A stretch of 64,000 nucleotides of DNA from a virus. Under the pieces are notes generated by a model that ran no database searches, had not been told where the DNA came from, and saw only the letters and a program-made list of their open reading frames with translations. Shown piece after piece: positions 55,082 to 64,000 of the stretch; position 1 is the first letter of the stretch, and each line of letters opens with the position of its first letter. Location of the stretch: positions 1 to 64,000 of the IMG/VR virus record IMGVR_UViG_3300017746_000001; one strand, 5' to 3'. The position numbers and the translations under genes were made by a program.

Positions 55082-57883
55082 TCAACCCCACCTGTGACCT
55101 TGTCTTGGATCTTCGAAGCGATGTGCGCCGCTTGTTCTTGTCGAGGTTGTAGTCGATGTCGAAGCTCCGAGACCTGCATTATCTTCTCGGTGGAATCTTC
55201 GCGGGTCATGGCTAGTTGAAGTGGTGCTAGATGTGCTACCTAATATTGGCCTTCTCCCCGCTTGGATGTTTCTTGCTATAGATTGCTTAGTAGGTATTCG
55301 AACAAGTTTGTTTCTATCCATTCCATGATTTATTATCTTAGGCTTTGGCTTTGGTAATATTTTTTCGACATTCTGTTGAGAAGGTAATCTTGCTATTGCA
55401 TTAGCGACTTTTTGCGCTGGACTTCTCTTATTGACAGGTTTTACTATTGGCCTGACCGTTGGTGCCTTTTGAGGTGGCCCTGGATTGACGCTTGGAGGAA
55501 CTGGCCTTGCTTTAGGTGGTCCAGGCTTTACTGTTGGCGGTCTGCTTGGCGGTATTGGCCTTGCTTTAGGCGGAGGGGCTACTGGCATCGGTTTTCCTTG
55601 AGGTGGCGCTATTGGCTGTATTAGCCCTGGATCTATTGGAATAGGTAATGGCCTTTTGTTCCCGTTAGCAGGAGGAGCCCCATTTGGTGGCCTTGGCCTG
55701 ATTATAGGAACGGGCTTAGGCTTAGGCTTAGGTGTTGGCTTTGGAATTACAGGCGGCATAGGCCTAGGCTTTGGCTTAGGCTTAGGTGTTGGCTTTGGAA
55801 TTACAGGCGGCATTGGCAATGGCTTTGGCTGAGGCTTAGGCGTTGGCTTTGGAATTACAAGACTTCCACTGTCTATCCATTTTTTAGCTTCTTGGAGGCC
55901 GCTATGTCTTGTTATTTTGTCATATACTACTTTACCTGTTTCTCCCCTTTGCATTGAAACAATGACTGTGCGCTCCTTATCTCCTGTAAATCTTCCATAG
56001 GCGTTCTGAGTGGGCATTATACTTGCATGAAAAATTTCATATCCTCTGTAAACAGAACGATTTGCCTCTTTCATAAAGTAAGAAAGTTCCTTTTGTCTCA
56101 GGAATGCATCTGGCATTGGCTTAGGCTTAGGCTTAGGCTGAATAATCGGTGAAGGCAACGGAGTTACCTGTTGTCGATTCATAAAGCGTTTGATGTCATT
56201 TAGGTACATTTTTGCTTTTGGGAATGGTCTTCCATCATTCATTATAGGCTTCCACATTTCGGGCCAACTATCCAACGGACCAAGGTAATTTTGGTTATAG
56301 AAAGTGGGGTTCATTCCCGTATCACTTAACATGAATTTTGCAAATTCTGGAGATGTCAATAACTTCAAGTTCTGCTCGCCTAAATTCGTAATCAATTTTT
56401 CATGTTGGTTAACATAAGATTGTAATAGCCGTTGTTTTTCATTAGCGGCTTTCTTTTCGTTTGCGGCTTTCTTTGCTGCGGCTGCTGCTGCGGCCTCTTC
56501 TTGCTTCTTCTTCTCTTCAAGCAATTTTGCCTGACGGGCTTCGGCTTCAAGTTGAGCCTTCAAAGTGGCCTCTCTAGCCTTTCTAGCTTCGTTTGCCTTT
56601 CTCTTGGCTAGTGCGTTGGCTTCTTTCTTTGCTTTGTTCGCTGCGTTCTTTCTCACCTTAGCCTCTGCTTCACGAATTGCGGCTTCTGCGGCTATTTGAG
56701 CGAGTTTTTCTCTTTCTAGTCGTGCTGCTTCTCTCGCTCTTGCTTCTGCTTCGAGTCTTTGCTTCTCAGCGAGTTCTGCCTCTACTCTCTGCTGCTGTGC
56801 GATTCTTTGTAATTCGAGTTCTTTTTGTCTCTGGTTAACTACTGGATTTATTGTAGGCTGAGGAGTTACTAAAATTTGGTTCGTAGAGTTTCCAGTTATG
56901 ACATTACTCTCATTCATTCTTTGATTTAGAGTATTGTTGGCCTGCTGTACGAAGTTCGCTGCCCAATCTAGTTCGTCTTGGTCTGCCATTGGATCTGCAA
57001 GAGTATCTATTGCGGCATTTCTAACTTCAACTAATTCTTTTATCGGCATTGCGTTAGTATTCACAGGTGCAACATCAGGTATAATTTCGTTAGCCACTAA
57101 TTTGTTTGATGTAACCGCCTTTGTAGCATCTCTAAGATCCGCAGACACCATGTTTTGTGCCGCGATTAAGTTCATCTCTCCATTTACAACTGCAGTTACT
57201 ATTTCTGCTGCTCTTTGCCTATCATACCCTTCACTTGTTAATGATGCTCCAGCATTTCTAGCGTTGCTTAGAATGTAGTTTTTGGCTGCAGATACAGGTA
57301 TTCCTTCGTCTATTGCCCCTTCAACCCTAGTCCTTACCGAGTCCGATAATTTAGCAAGTGCATTAACAACCGCAGGAGTGTTTGAAATATCGCTCCAGAC
57401 ACCATCTAGGCTCATTCTTGTCCCAAGTAATTTTGAAGACCTCATGTTTTCAACAGTATTGAGTGCTGCATTGAAACTGGAAGGCGCTGAATTTGATTGT
57501 AGTCGGTCCATGATACTATCAGTAGCTACATCTGTGTAGGCATTCTGTAGTTGTGCTTGTCTGATTTTACTTTGTGACACCATTCTACGAGGCCCGTCTA
57601 ATTCTTGGCTGACTGCTAAGGATTCCTTGTACCCAATAGGCCTTGGACTTAGATTTAATTCATCTCTACCATAAAAACCGTCTTGGTTTAGGGCTAAGGG
57701 AGATTTTGCATACAACACTCTATCTAGGTTTTTTACAAGTCTTTCTCTTCTTGAAAGATACATTGCCTTTGTCATACGATTTTCCGAGTAGGCTCTTTCT
57801 AATTTGTTTATAGCCTTCTGCGTTGCTTCAAGTTCGTTTTCTGTAATTTGGGTGTGGCTTCGGTTGTTAAACATCTTTTTCAC
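55082..57883 (-). CDS. Coiled-coil and Pro/Lys-rich protein (933 aa)
   Basis: E/A/K/R-rich helical segment, PKPTPKPKP repeats and two C-terminal LG-(S/T)n-DPR units. Confidence 0.8.
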   Translation of the reverse strand: MKKMFNNRSHTQITENELEATQKAINKLERAYSENRMTKAMYLSRRERLVKNLDRVLYAKSPLALNQDGFYGRDELNLSPRPIGYKESLAVSQELDGPRRMVSQSKIRQAQLQNAYTDVATDSIMDRLQSNSAPSSFNAALNTVENMRSSKLLGTRMSLDGVWSDISNTPAVVNALAKLSDSVRTRVEGAIDEGIPVSAAKNYILSNARNAGASLTSEGYDRQRAAEIVTAVVNGEMNLIAAQNMVSADLRDATKAVTSNKLVANEIIPDVAPVNTNAMPIKELVEVRNAAIDTLADPMADQDELDWAANFVQQANNTLNQRMNESNVITGNSTNQILVTPQPTINPVVNQRQKELELQRIAQQQRVEAELAEKQRLEAEARAREAARLEREKLAQIAAEAAIREAEAKVRKNAANKAKKEANALAKRKANEARKAREATLKAQLEAEARQAKLLEEKKKQEEAAAAAAAKKAANEKKAANEKQRLLQSYVNQHEKLITNLGEQNLKLLTSPEFAKFMLSDTGMNPTFYNQNYLGPLDSWPEMWKPIMNDGRPFPKAKMYLNDIKRFMNRQQVTPLPSPIIQPKPKPKPMPDAFLRQKELSYFMKEANRSVYRGYEIFHASIMPTQNAYGRFTGDKERTVIVSMQRGETGKVVYDKITRHSGLQEAKKWIDSGSLVIPKPTPKPQPKPLPMPPVIPKPTPKPKPKPRPMPPVIPKPTPKPKPKPVPIIRPRPPNGAPPANGNKRPLPIPIDPGLIQPIAPPQGKPMPVAPPPKARPIPPSRPPTVKPGPPKARPVPPSVNPGPPQKAPTVRPIVKPVNKRSPAQKVANAIARLPSQQNVEKILPKPKPKIINHGMDRNKLVRIPTKQSIARNIQAGRRPILGSTSSTTSTSHDPRRFHREDNAGLGASTSTTTSTRTSGAHRFEDPRQGHRWG

Positions 57884-59472
57884 TCCATTAAAGAATCTGA
57901 AAGGTGCTGCAGTAAATCTGCCACCTCAGATAGTGGTTCGCTCTTGCCTATTTCTATAGGGCCAAGAGAAAACAAGGGATCTCTCTTCTCCATTGAATCA
58001 TCTCTTTGGCCGAAGTCAATTATTTCTTCAATCATATTTCTGTATGATTCTGTTCTTTGCGAATAAGTCATATCTCTAAGTGCCATTACTCTTGCTGTTC
58101 CAGGCACATAATCTAGTAGCGTTCCAAGTCTTGCAACCTGTTCTAACACTAGCACCTCATCCCTGTCTAGATAATCAGATACCATGTCTATTGCTGACAC
58201 GAATTCTTCCATCTTTGCAATCTTCTCGGCTGAAATCGCCTTTTGCATGTATATTGATGAACCCTGCGCTGAAACTGCTGCTTCTTGAGCCAATCTTAGG
58301 TTAGCGAAAAGGTAGTTTTCTATGTCAATGTATACACCCGATAGGTGATTGACCCACATCCTTACTAAATCAGACTCGTTTTCAGATACAATTAGGTTTT
58401 GAGATTCTTTCAATTCTTTCATTTTACCTGCAAGGAACTCAACATCGGCTGAGAGTTTAGCACCTTGCTCCCTTACAGATTGTATTTCTGCTTCGTTATA
58501 CAAGTAATTTGCCTCACTTTTTCTCAATTGTTGTAAGATTGGATTCAAAAGTTTCATTTCACTAGATAATTGGGCATTCAGAGTTTTGATAGCAGAATTC
58601 ATTCCGGTAGCATCGCTATATGTCGCTTGTAATCTTTGGACTTGTATTCCTAATCCTCTGATTCTTTGAGAAAGTTCCCCGTTTGCCTTACCTAGTTCAG
58701 TTAGTTTCTTTGATGCGTTGGCATGAGACATTCCGTCCTCTTTTCTTACTGCATTGGACATTACTGATTGGTAGTGTTCGATTTGGCTTACTACTGAGTT
58801 ATGCTGACCCTCTGCGCTTTTCAATTCCTTTGATAGTTTTGATATTTCTTTTGCTGCTTGTTGCGAGTAAAGTATGCCTTGGCTTATTTGGTCAATTTCT
58901 GCATCCAAGACTGCAATGTTTCGTTGCTTTGCCTCTACTTCTTTCCTCATAGCAGTAATAGCCTCGTAGCTGATGTAATCTTCTTCTAGATCAGCCATTC
59001 TGTTCACTAGACTACTCATCATCTGTAGTTTTGCGTTATATTCTGTCTCAATAGTTGCCATTTCTTGCCCTACTGCACCAGACATAGAGCTTCTCTGCAA
59101 TAGTGCGTTAATCATGGGCTCGAATGTTGCTGAGGCGATTTGTATTCTTCCTAAGTCCCTTGAAGGTTGAATTGCAGGTAGCGATGTCCCTCCTATTCCG
59201 TGAGCAGGGATGTATTGATTCATAGCCAATAATTCACCTATCTTCCATAGTTTTTCCCCGACTATTGCTTTGTAAGCACCGTTAGATATGGCTTCGATTT
59301 CTGCAAGAGTAGGGGCTATGTCGAACTTTGAGAAACCCGTCCTTACCTCTAATGCTTTTGGTAATTGTTTGTATATCGATTGCCAAAACCCATAGTAAGG
59401 AAATACACCTAATGGTGGTGCGTTACCTGGTACATCTATCATCAGACCTGATACTCTATCTTGTTTCTTCAT
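57880..59472 (-). CDS. Long coiled-coil protein (530 aa)
   Basis: Extended heptad pattern. Confidence 0.75.
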   Translation of the reverse strand: MKKQDRVSGLMIDVPGNAPPLGVFPYYGFWQSIYKQLPKALEVRTGFSKFDIAPTLAEIEAISNGAYKAIVGEKLWKIGELLAMNQYIPAHGIGGTSLPAIQPSRDLGRIQIASATFEPMINALLQRSSMSGAVGQEMATIETEYNAKLQMMSSLVNRMADLEEDYISYEAITAMRKEVEAKQRNIAVLDAEIDQISQGILYSQQAAKEISKLSKELKSAEGQHNSVVSQIEHYQSVMSNAVRKEDGMSHANASKKLTELGKANGELSQRIRGLGIQVQRLQATYSDATGMNSAIKTLNAQLSSEMKLLNPILQQLRKSEANYLYNEAEIQSVREQGAKLSADVEFLAGKMKELKESQNLIVSENESDLVRMWVNHLSGVYIDIENYLFANLRLAQEAAVSAQGSSIYMQKAISAEKIAKMEEFVSAIDMVSDYLDRDEVLVLEQVARLGTLLDYVPGTARVMALRDMTYSQRTESYRNMIEEIIDFGQRDDSMEKRDPLFSLGPIEIGKSEPLSEVADLLQHLSDSLME

Positions 59473-59786
59473 TTCAACGACCTCTTGTTTAAGTAATAAT
59501 TTAGTGCCAGACCTAAGACGACACCTGTAACGATTGCATTTCCGGTTGTCAAATTGATTGCCCCTAGTTTGGGTGTCTTGAAACTAATTGGTATTGGCAA
59601 CCTTGTGCGCACCGCATTTTGTGAGATTGATAGATTGTTTTCTTCGGCAGTCAGTCCCATGTTAGATCCGAACAAGTAATCCGGCTTTGTCAATATGTTG
59701 GATTTGGAGAATGCTCCTGGTTTCGTAGCGAAGTTGTTTGGAGTTATTTCTCCGTTTCTTATTGCTTGATTGCCCATTATGTTCAT
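59469..59786 (-). CDS. Small membrane protein (KLG before the TM)
   Basis: KLGAINL followed by a TM; AGGTGA RBS. Confidence 0.7.
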   Translation of the reverse strand: MNIMGNQAIRNGEITPNNFATKPGAFSKSNILTKPDYLFGSNMGLTAEENNLSISQNAVRTRLPIPISFKTPKLGAINLTTGNAIVTGVVLGLALNYYLNKRSLK

Positions 59787-59899
59787 TATTGTTCACCTTC
59801 TGTAATTCGGGCGTAGCCTATTCCTGCTAAGGCCGATATTAGCAAAAACGCTGTTGTGCCGTTGCTAGTTATTTCTCGGATTGTACCTAGTGTACTCAT
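59786..59899 (-). CDS. 37-aa single-TM micro-protein missing from the ORF track
   Basis: MSTLGTIREITSNGTTAFLLISALAGIGYARITEGEQ; ATGA and TAATG overlaps with both neighbours. Confidence 0.7.
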   Translation of the reverse strand: MSTLGTIREITSNGTTAFLLISALAGIGYARITEGEQ

Positions 59900-60291
59900 T
59901 CGTTATCCCCCTCGCTGAAATATTGATACGACTTGTAGGCTCCAAACGCAAGAATTGTCCCTACACCAATCAAACCGACTGTTTTTGATGCGTTACCTAA
60001 TCTGCCTCTGCTTACTTTTGGTTTGTCAATACTACCAAGAGAGGGCATTTGAACCATATTTTCACTCGGAAGAGGTTGAGGGTTTGTTCTTGGCGTGTAA
60101 GCGAATTCTGGAGGTATTGGCCTTGCGGCTACTTTTGGCGGATCTAGGTTAATCCCTGATTGGTGACTCCCCATTCTTTGAGGCGCTGCAGGTTTTCTTC
60201 CTACATGAGACATCCCTGATAATTCCATAGGCATTTTAACATTTGAAGTTTTTTCTGCTCCTTCTAGTTGCGCGTGTAATCTATTCATCAT
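59896..60291 (-). CDS. Small membrane protein (SLG/RLG before the TM)
   Basis: PSLGS and GRLGNA, then VGLIGVGTILAFGAY. Confidence 0.7.
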   Translation of the reverse strand: MMNRLHAQLEGAEKTSNVKMPMELSGMSHVGRKPAAPQRMGSHQSGINLDPPKVAARPIPPEFAYTPRTNPQPLPSENMVQMPSLGSIDKPKVSRGRLGNASKTVGLIGVGTILAFGAYKSYQYFSEGDNE

Positions 60292-60292
60292 A

Positions 60293-61075
60293 TCATCTGA
60301 ACCCCTTTGGTATGAGTCTATTCTCCTTTGGCGTTAAATCGTAATTCTCCACCAGAAGAGGAATGTAACTAGAAATTCTGACTGATTTCCCTAGCTCGAA
60401 AGGATGAATCAGTTCTACAGGAAACCAATCATGGCCGAACATTGGGTTTGGACTAAATGTTTTTGTCGCTAACATAACATGAGAATATGCTCCTTTCGGA
60501 CCCCCTGCATCCACTATAAGCAACATTGACGGATAGCCTGCCGCATTTAGGGCGCATGCACACGCGGCTGCTATATCGTCGCAATCCGCGCCTGATTCGC
60601 CCGCTTGAATATCTCTGATTACTTTTGGTGGGCTTTGAAAATACTCTACCGAATACGGGTCTTTTTGGTATCGATAAGAGCCTTGGTCGCCATATAGCAG
60701 AGGCTTTCCGATTTCATTGTTGCCTACATTATTATGATTAGTGCCTTGGAAATACGAAACGATTGCTTGTATTTCACCCAATTCATCGTGGTTTCGTAAT
60801 TTTTTTGTATTGAAGAGGCGACGAGTGAATTGTATCACTTCTGGGTCTGCAACATATTTTGATGCCATTTCTTGAAGTATCCTTATTGTTCTTTCGAACG
60901 CTCTTGGATCACCATTGAAAGTAAATCTTGCTTGTTGTTTGACACCACCCGATGTTGAGACACTATGGCTTTCGTCAGCGCCCCATCTTGCTCTTGCGAT
61001 AGGGTTCGAAAATGCTGCTAGCCCCTCACCCATGTTAGTCGCATAGGGGTATAGAGGATAAACTCGACCCGTCAC
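60293..61075 (-). CDS. Transglutaminase-like Cys-His-acid protein (candidate maturation protease)
   Basis: Y.KDP..VEYFQSP, GADCDD, SHV and WFPVEL. GTG start at 61075 is inferred from the duplicated junction. Confidence 0.8.
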   Translation of the reverse strand: MTGRVYPLYPYATNMGEGLAAFSNPIARARWGADESHSVSTSGGVKQQARFTFNGDPRAFERTIRILQEMASKYVADPEVIQFTRRLFNTKKLRNHDELGEIQAIVSYFQGTNHNNVGNNEIGKPLLYGDQGSYRYQKDPYSVEYFQSPPKVIRDIQAGESGADCDDIAAACACALNAAGYPSMLLIVDAGGPKGAYSHVMLATKTFSPNPMFGHDWFPVELIHPFELGKSVRISSYIPLLVENYDLTPKENRLIPKGFR

Positions 61076-61086
61076 ACCGTTACGGT
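61031..61086. repeat. Copy 2 of the 56-bp gene-junction repeat
   Basis: Matches 49731-49786. Confidence 0.95.
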
Positions 61087-62501
61087 TGTTCAAAATCTGA
61101 AAGTATCATTTGCCCATCTTCGATTGTGATTCCTCGGCCTTGAAGTGATTGTTCGAATCGTGTTATCGCCCGACCCATTCTTTCTGTAAAAGCGGCTCTA
61201 TCTGCCTCAAATGTATCATTCCATACTGCATTACGCCTTTCTTCTTCGCGTAATCTTCTCTCTTCTTCCCTGGTAATCATTTCTTCGTATGTGTTATTCA
61301 TCTTCTCAATAAGGTTGAGTAGTTGCGTTTGCATGTTATCTGCTATTCTTGTAGTAGTGTTAACTGCGTTTTCCTCGATGATTTCTATTTGCTCGCTAGC
61401 AAGTTTACCTACATTCTCTCCAACGCCTTCAACGACTTTCATCAACGAGTCTAGTGTCATAACAGGGTTTGCTTGCATGGCGGCTTGCTTGCCTGTTTTT
61501 GCATCTAAATGAACTATGTTGTCCTTAAGCAAGTCGTGAGAACCGTCTGCCGTGATGCCATCGGCCATCCGAAGCATCCTTGGCTCGCCTGATTTCCTCC
61601 TTCTGATGACTTCTTTTGCTAATTCAGGGTCGTACCTAGATACTCCGAACTCCATTTCTTGTGAGTTCTTTTGCTTAGGGAAACCGAATGTCCACCCGTA
61701 TTCTTTAGACAATTGCCCCATTATATCCCATAGGACTTTTGCAACCCTTTGCTTAATTGTATCTTCATCCATAGCTTCTTCGGCAGTTACAGGCATTCGC
61801 CCAGGCATCGTTAGCCGTACAGGGTGTCCATCACACCAGTCACCATATACTAATCCTTGATCAGTTTCCTTGACCTTCCTCTTAAAATGCACTTTCCATG
61901 TTCCGACTTCCGTCTGTATTTCTGGAGCATTGAACGATTGCCACCCCCTAACGACCCTTCCCGATGGCCTAACACCCATTCTTTCGAGTTGCTGTATGTC
62001 GAATTGATGCGCTTTTCCGCCTCTAGCCCCGTTTGTATCGATTGGGAGGTTCCAATCTAGGCGGTGAATGTCGATTACAGGCATAACACCCCCTGGTAGT
62101 GGTGTCCAGACTGCCTGCTCACGATGAACCCCCATATTAGACTGCAACTTAGTGATGTTATTCTCCATTTCAACGCTTCTAGCCCCTGGCTTGTATGCCT
62201 TGAACCTCAAACTAACAGAGCCTTTTCTTACCTGTTCAAGCTCCTTTTGATGTTCTATGTAGTTGTTGGACTGAACGATGTACTGCTCGTCAATCAATTT
62301 CTTTATCCATCTGCTAGTTGTTGACTTGTTAATCTCTAAGGTTCGAGTAATGTTAGCAGCGATCTGCCCCTCCCGAATTATTAGATAGTAAATTGCTGCC
62401 TTTTTCGTCAGAGTTCTTCCAGTAGCCCACCAAGTTGCAATCATGGTTGCGGTATCTGATGTCATGTGCAACTTGGCCTCCTGGAAGTTTGGCGGGTGCA
62501 A
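61080..62501 (-). CDS. Winged-HTH protein with C-terminal coiled coil (possible replication initiator or regulator)
   Basis: AANITRTLEINKSTTSRWIKKLIDEQYI is HTH-like. Central DIHRL and DGSH motifs; likely start ATG 62465. Confidence 0.6.
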   Translation of the reverse strand: MHPPNFQEAKLHMTSDTATMIATWWATGRTLTKKAAIYYLIIREGQIAANITRTLEINKSTTSRWIKKLIDEQYIVQSNNYIEHQKELEQVRKGSVSLRFKAYKPGARSVEMENNITKLQSNMGVHREQAVWTPLPGGVMPVIDIHRLDWNLPIDTNGARGGKAHQFDIQQLERMGVRPSGRVVRGWQSFNAPEIQTEVGTWKVHFKRKVKETDQGLVYGDWCDGHPVRLTMPGRMPVTAEEAMDEDTIKQRVAKVLWDIMGQLSKEYGWTFGFPKQKNSQEMEFGVSRYDPELAKEVIRRRKSGEPRMLRMADGITADGSHDLLKDNIVHLDAKTGKQAAMQANPVMTLDSLMKVVEGVGENVGKLASEQIEIIEENAVNTTTRIADNMQTQLLNLIEKMNNTYEEMITREEERRLREEERRNAVWNDTFEADRAAFTERMGRAITRFEQSLQGRGITIEDGQMILSDFEQP

Positions 62502-62801
62502 GTTGGTTCATAATACTACTGTGGCTGATAATGTATAGAACTTGCTTTCTAATTAAACTAACCTTGCATGGTATACCTTGTTTTTTACCTTTGTTTCTCT
62601 TCGATATTATCGGCCTTTTCCTCTTGGTAAAAAAAAACAAGGTATTGCAACCTTATTTTGTAAATGGTTTTTACCTTGTGTATTCAATTTATGGTTAAGG
62701 TAGTTGTTGTTCAATTAATGCAGATGTTAGATTTCGCCCTATGAAAATGATTGCAACCATACAAGCATAACTGAATGAATGCCTTGATACGACAATGACG
62801 C

Positions 62802-63173
62802 TTGACATGGTTCGTGCTGAAAGCGGAACAAGTCTTACTAACTGATGGAGTATCATTCGAAAATGTCTGGGTAGTGCCAGGAGATATTTCTATTCATGTC
62901 GTAACTCCTGATGGAGCAACACTAGATATTACTAGAGAGCAGGTTAAGTGGGTCAAATATACTGACGAGGTAGCTCAATGGATGACTCGCACTCTTGCAA
63001 TGGGGCTTATGGTCGATACATTCGAAGATGTCCAAGAAATATTAGAAGATCTAGAAGTTAGGGCCAATGAAGTACAAGACTATATCAGAAATCTTCACGA
63101 AGGCATGAATGAAGAATCTAATGAGGTTCCACAAGAACCCGTTACAAAAAGTAACAAATCCCCCTATGAGTGA
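62802..63173 (+). CDS. Hypothetical protein
   Basis: 123-aa ORF, first of a divergent operon. Confidence 0.65.
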   Translation: MTWFVLKAEQVLLTDGVSFENVWVVPGDISIHVVTPDGATLDITREQVKWVKYTDEVAQWMTRTLAMGLMVDTFEDVQEILEDLEVRANEVQDYIRNLHEGMNEESNEVPQEPVTKSNKSPYE

Positions 63174-63481
63174 TTATCATGTCTTTTTTCGAACAAAATA
63201 GCGATGATTTGAACCAAAGGTGTTTCAGAGGAGTCACCCTACTTACACATATAGCAGAAAATCCTGTGAAAAACGCACATCTAATAGACGATGTGATTGA
63301 ATTAGCAAGAGGCTTAAAGTTAGCATTAAATGAAAGGGGATTCGAAGGCGATGGAAAACCTATCCCTGAAAGTACGCAATTAGATGTGGTGGACCTAATA
63401 GCGTTGAAAGCAGTTTCCGGTCTGAAAGATTATTTCGCAAATAGACTGGTGGAAAACACCGATGAGGAGGATGAAATATGA
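63170..63481 (+). CDS. Hypothetical protein
   Basis: Coupled ORF. Confidence 0.65.
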   Translation: MIIMSFFEQNSDDLNQRCFRGVTLLTHIAENPVKNAHLIDDVIELARGLKLALNERGFEGDGKPIPESTQLDVVDLIALKAVSGLKDYFANRLVENTDEEDEI

Positions 63482-64000
63482 GCAACGAACAAATGAAAGC
63501 AGAATTGAACAGATACTTTACGGCTGTTGTCGATGAACAATACTTGAAACAATTCCCAGATATAAGCAGCCCAATGGGAACACCATTATTTTATGATGAT
63601 GCAGGAGTTTTGCATGCAAAACATATCTCAGAGAAAACCGGAATGACTGAAAACGCAGTCTTACAATCTTTTGAGGCGTGGAAAAATGTAGGGAACACTC
63701 CACCTACAGAGAAGCCTATCTCTTCTAGCATAGGCACCAGAGAAGGAGTAAATGGCAGAAGAGGAGCAATTGCTATGCCTCAAGTCTCTCCATTAGAAGT
63801 ACAAAGAAAGGAAAGACGAGAGGGTAGTATATTATCTTCCGTCAGAGATGATATGGGCGAAGTATTAGAACTTAGAAGATTGGAAAACGAGTTGGCTAGA
63901 GAGAATTATTCACATCAACCACCACCTAATGCCGGACCTACAAGCGATCTTACGGCAGTCATAACGGCTTTGGCACCCTTATTGAAGCAAGATAGGCCAT
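63478..64000 (+). CDS. Partial hypothetical protein (runs off the window end)
   Basis: ATG 63478 after GAGGAGG; frame open to the end (MSNEQMKAELNRYF...). Confidence 0.7.
   Translation, partial: MSNEQMKAELNRYFTAVVDEQYLKQFPDISSPMGTPLFYDDAGVLHAKHISEKTGMTENAVLQSFEAWKNVGNTPPTEKPISSSIGTREGVNGRRGAIAMPQVSPLEVQRKERREGSILSSVRDDMGEVLELRRLENELARENYSHQPPPNAGPTSDLTAVITALAPLLKQDRP

Noticed and set aside
49731-61086. Diversity-generating retroelement TR/VR pair
   Set aside because: The repeat is short, lies at gene starts and lacks an adenine-specific mismatch pattern; no reverse transcriptase is in the window.
1-64000. tRNA or rRNA genes
   Set aside because: No convincing cloverleaf or rRNA-like segment was seen by eye in the few intergenic gaps; tRNAscan-SE was not run.

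Overview
The window looks like a large part of the genome of an archaeal dsDNA virus or provirus, probably tailless and membrane-containing (PRD1-adenovirus lineage, Varidnaviria-like). Support: an A32/P9-like FtsK-HerA packaging ATPase, candidate jelly-roll capsid genes including a clear paralogous pair, many small membrane proteins, a 2989-aa fibre, a group II chaperonin and GGTGA-type ribosome-binding sites. I recognised no terminase, portal or HK97 capsid. A marine Thermoplasmatota (Poseidoniales-like) host is only an inference. The most striking signal is a candidate polyprotein processing system. Giant ORFs at 29.9-48.4 kb are chains of unrelated domains (guanylate-kinase-like, HExxH peptidase, ADP-ribosyltransferase-like, JAB, YbjQ and others) with a recurrent (K/R)-x-N-P(-P) motif at their junctions. 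A second gene class of membrane and structural proteins carries recurrent (G/S/A)-L-G motifs. Two Cys-His protease-fold genes are candidate processing enzymes. One of them shares an exact 46-bp gene-start cassette with a gene 11.3 kb away. All calls come from reading motifs by eye; no database searches were run.
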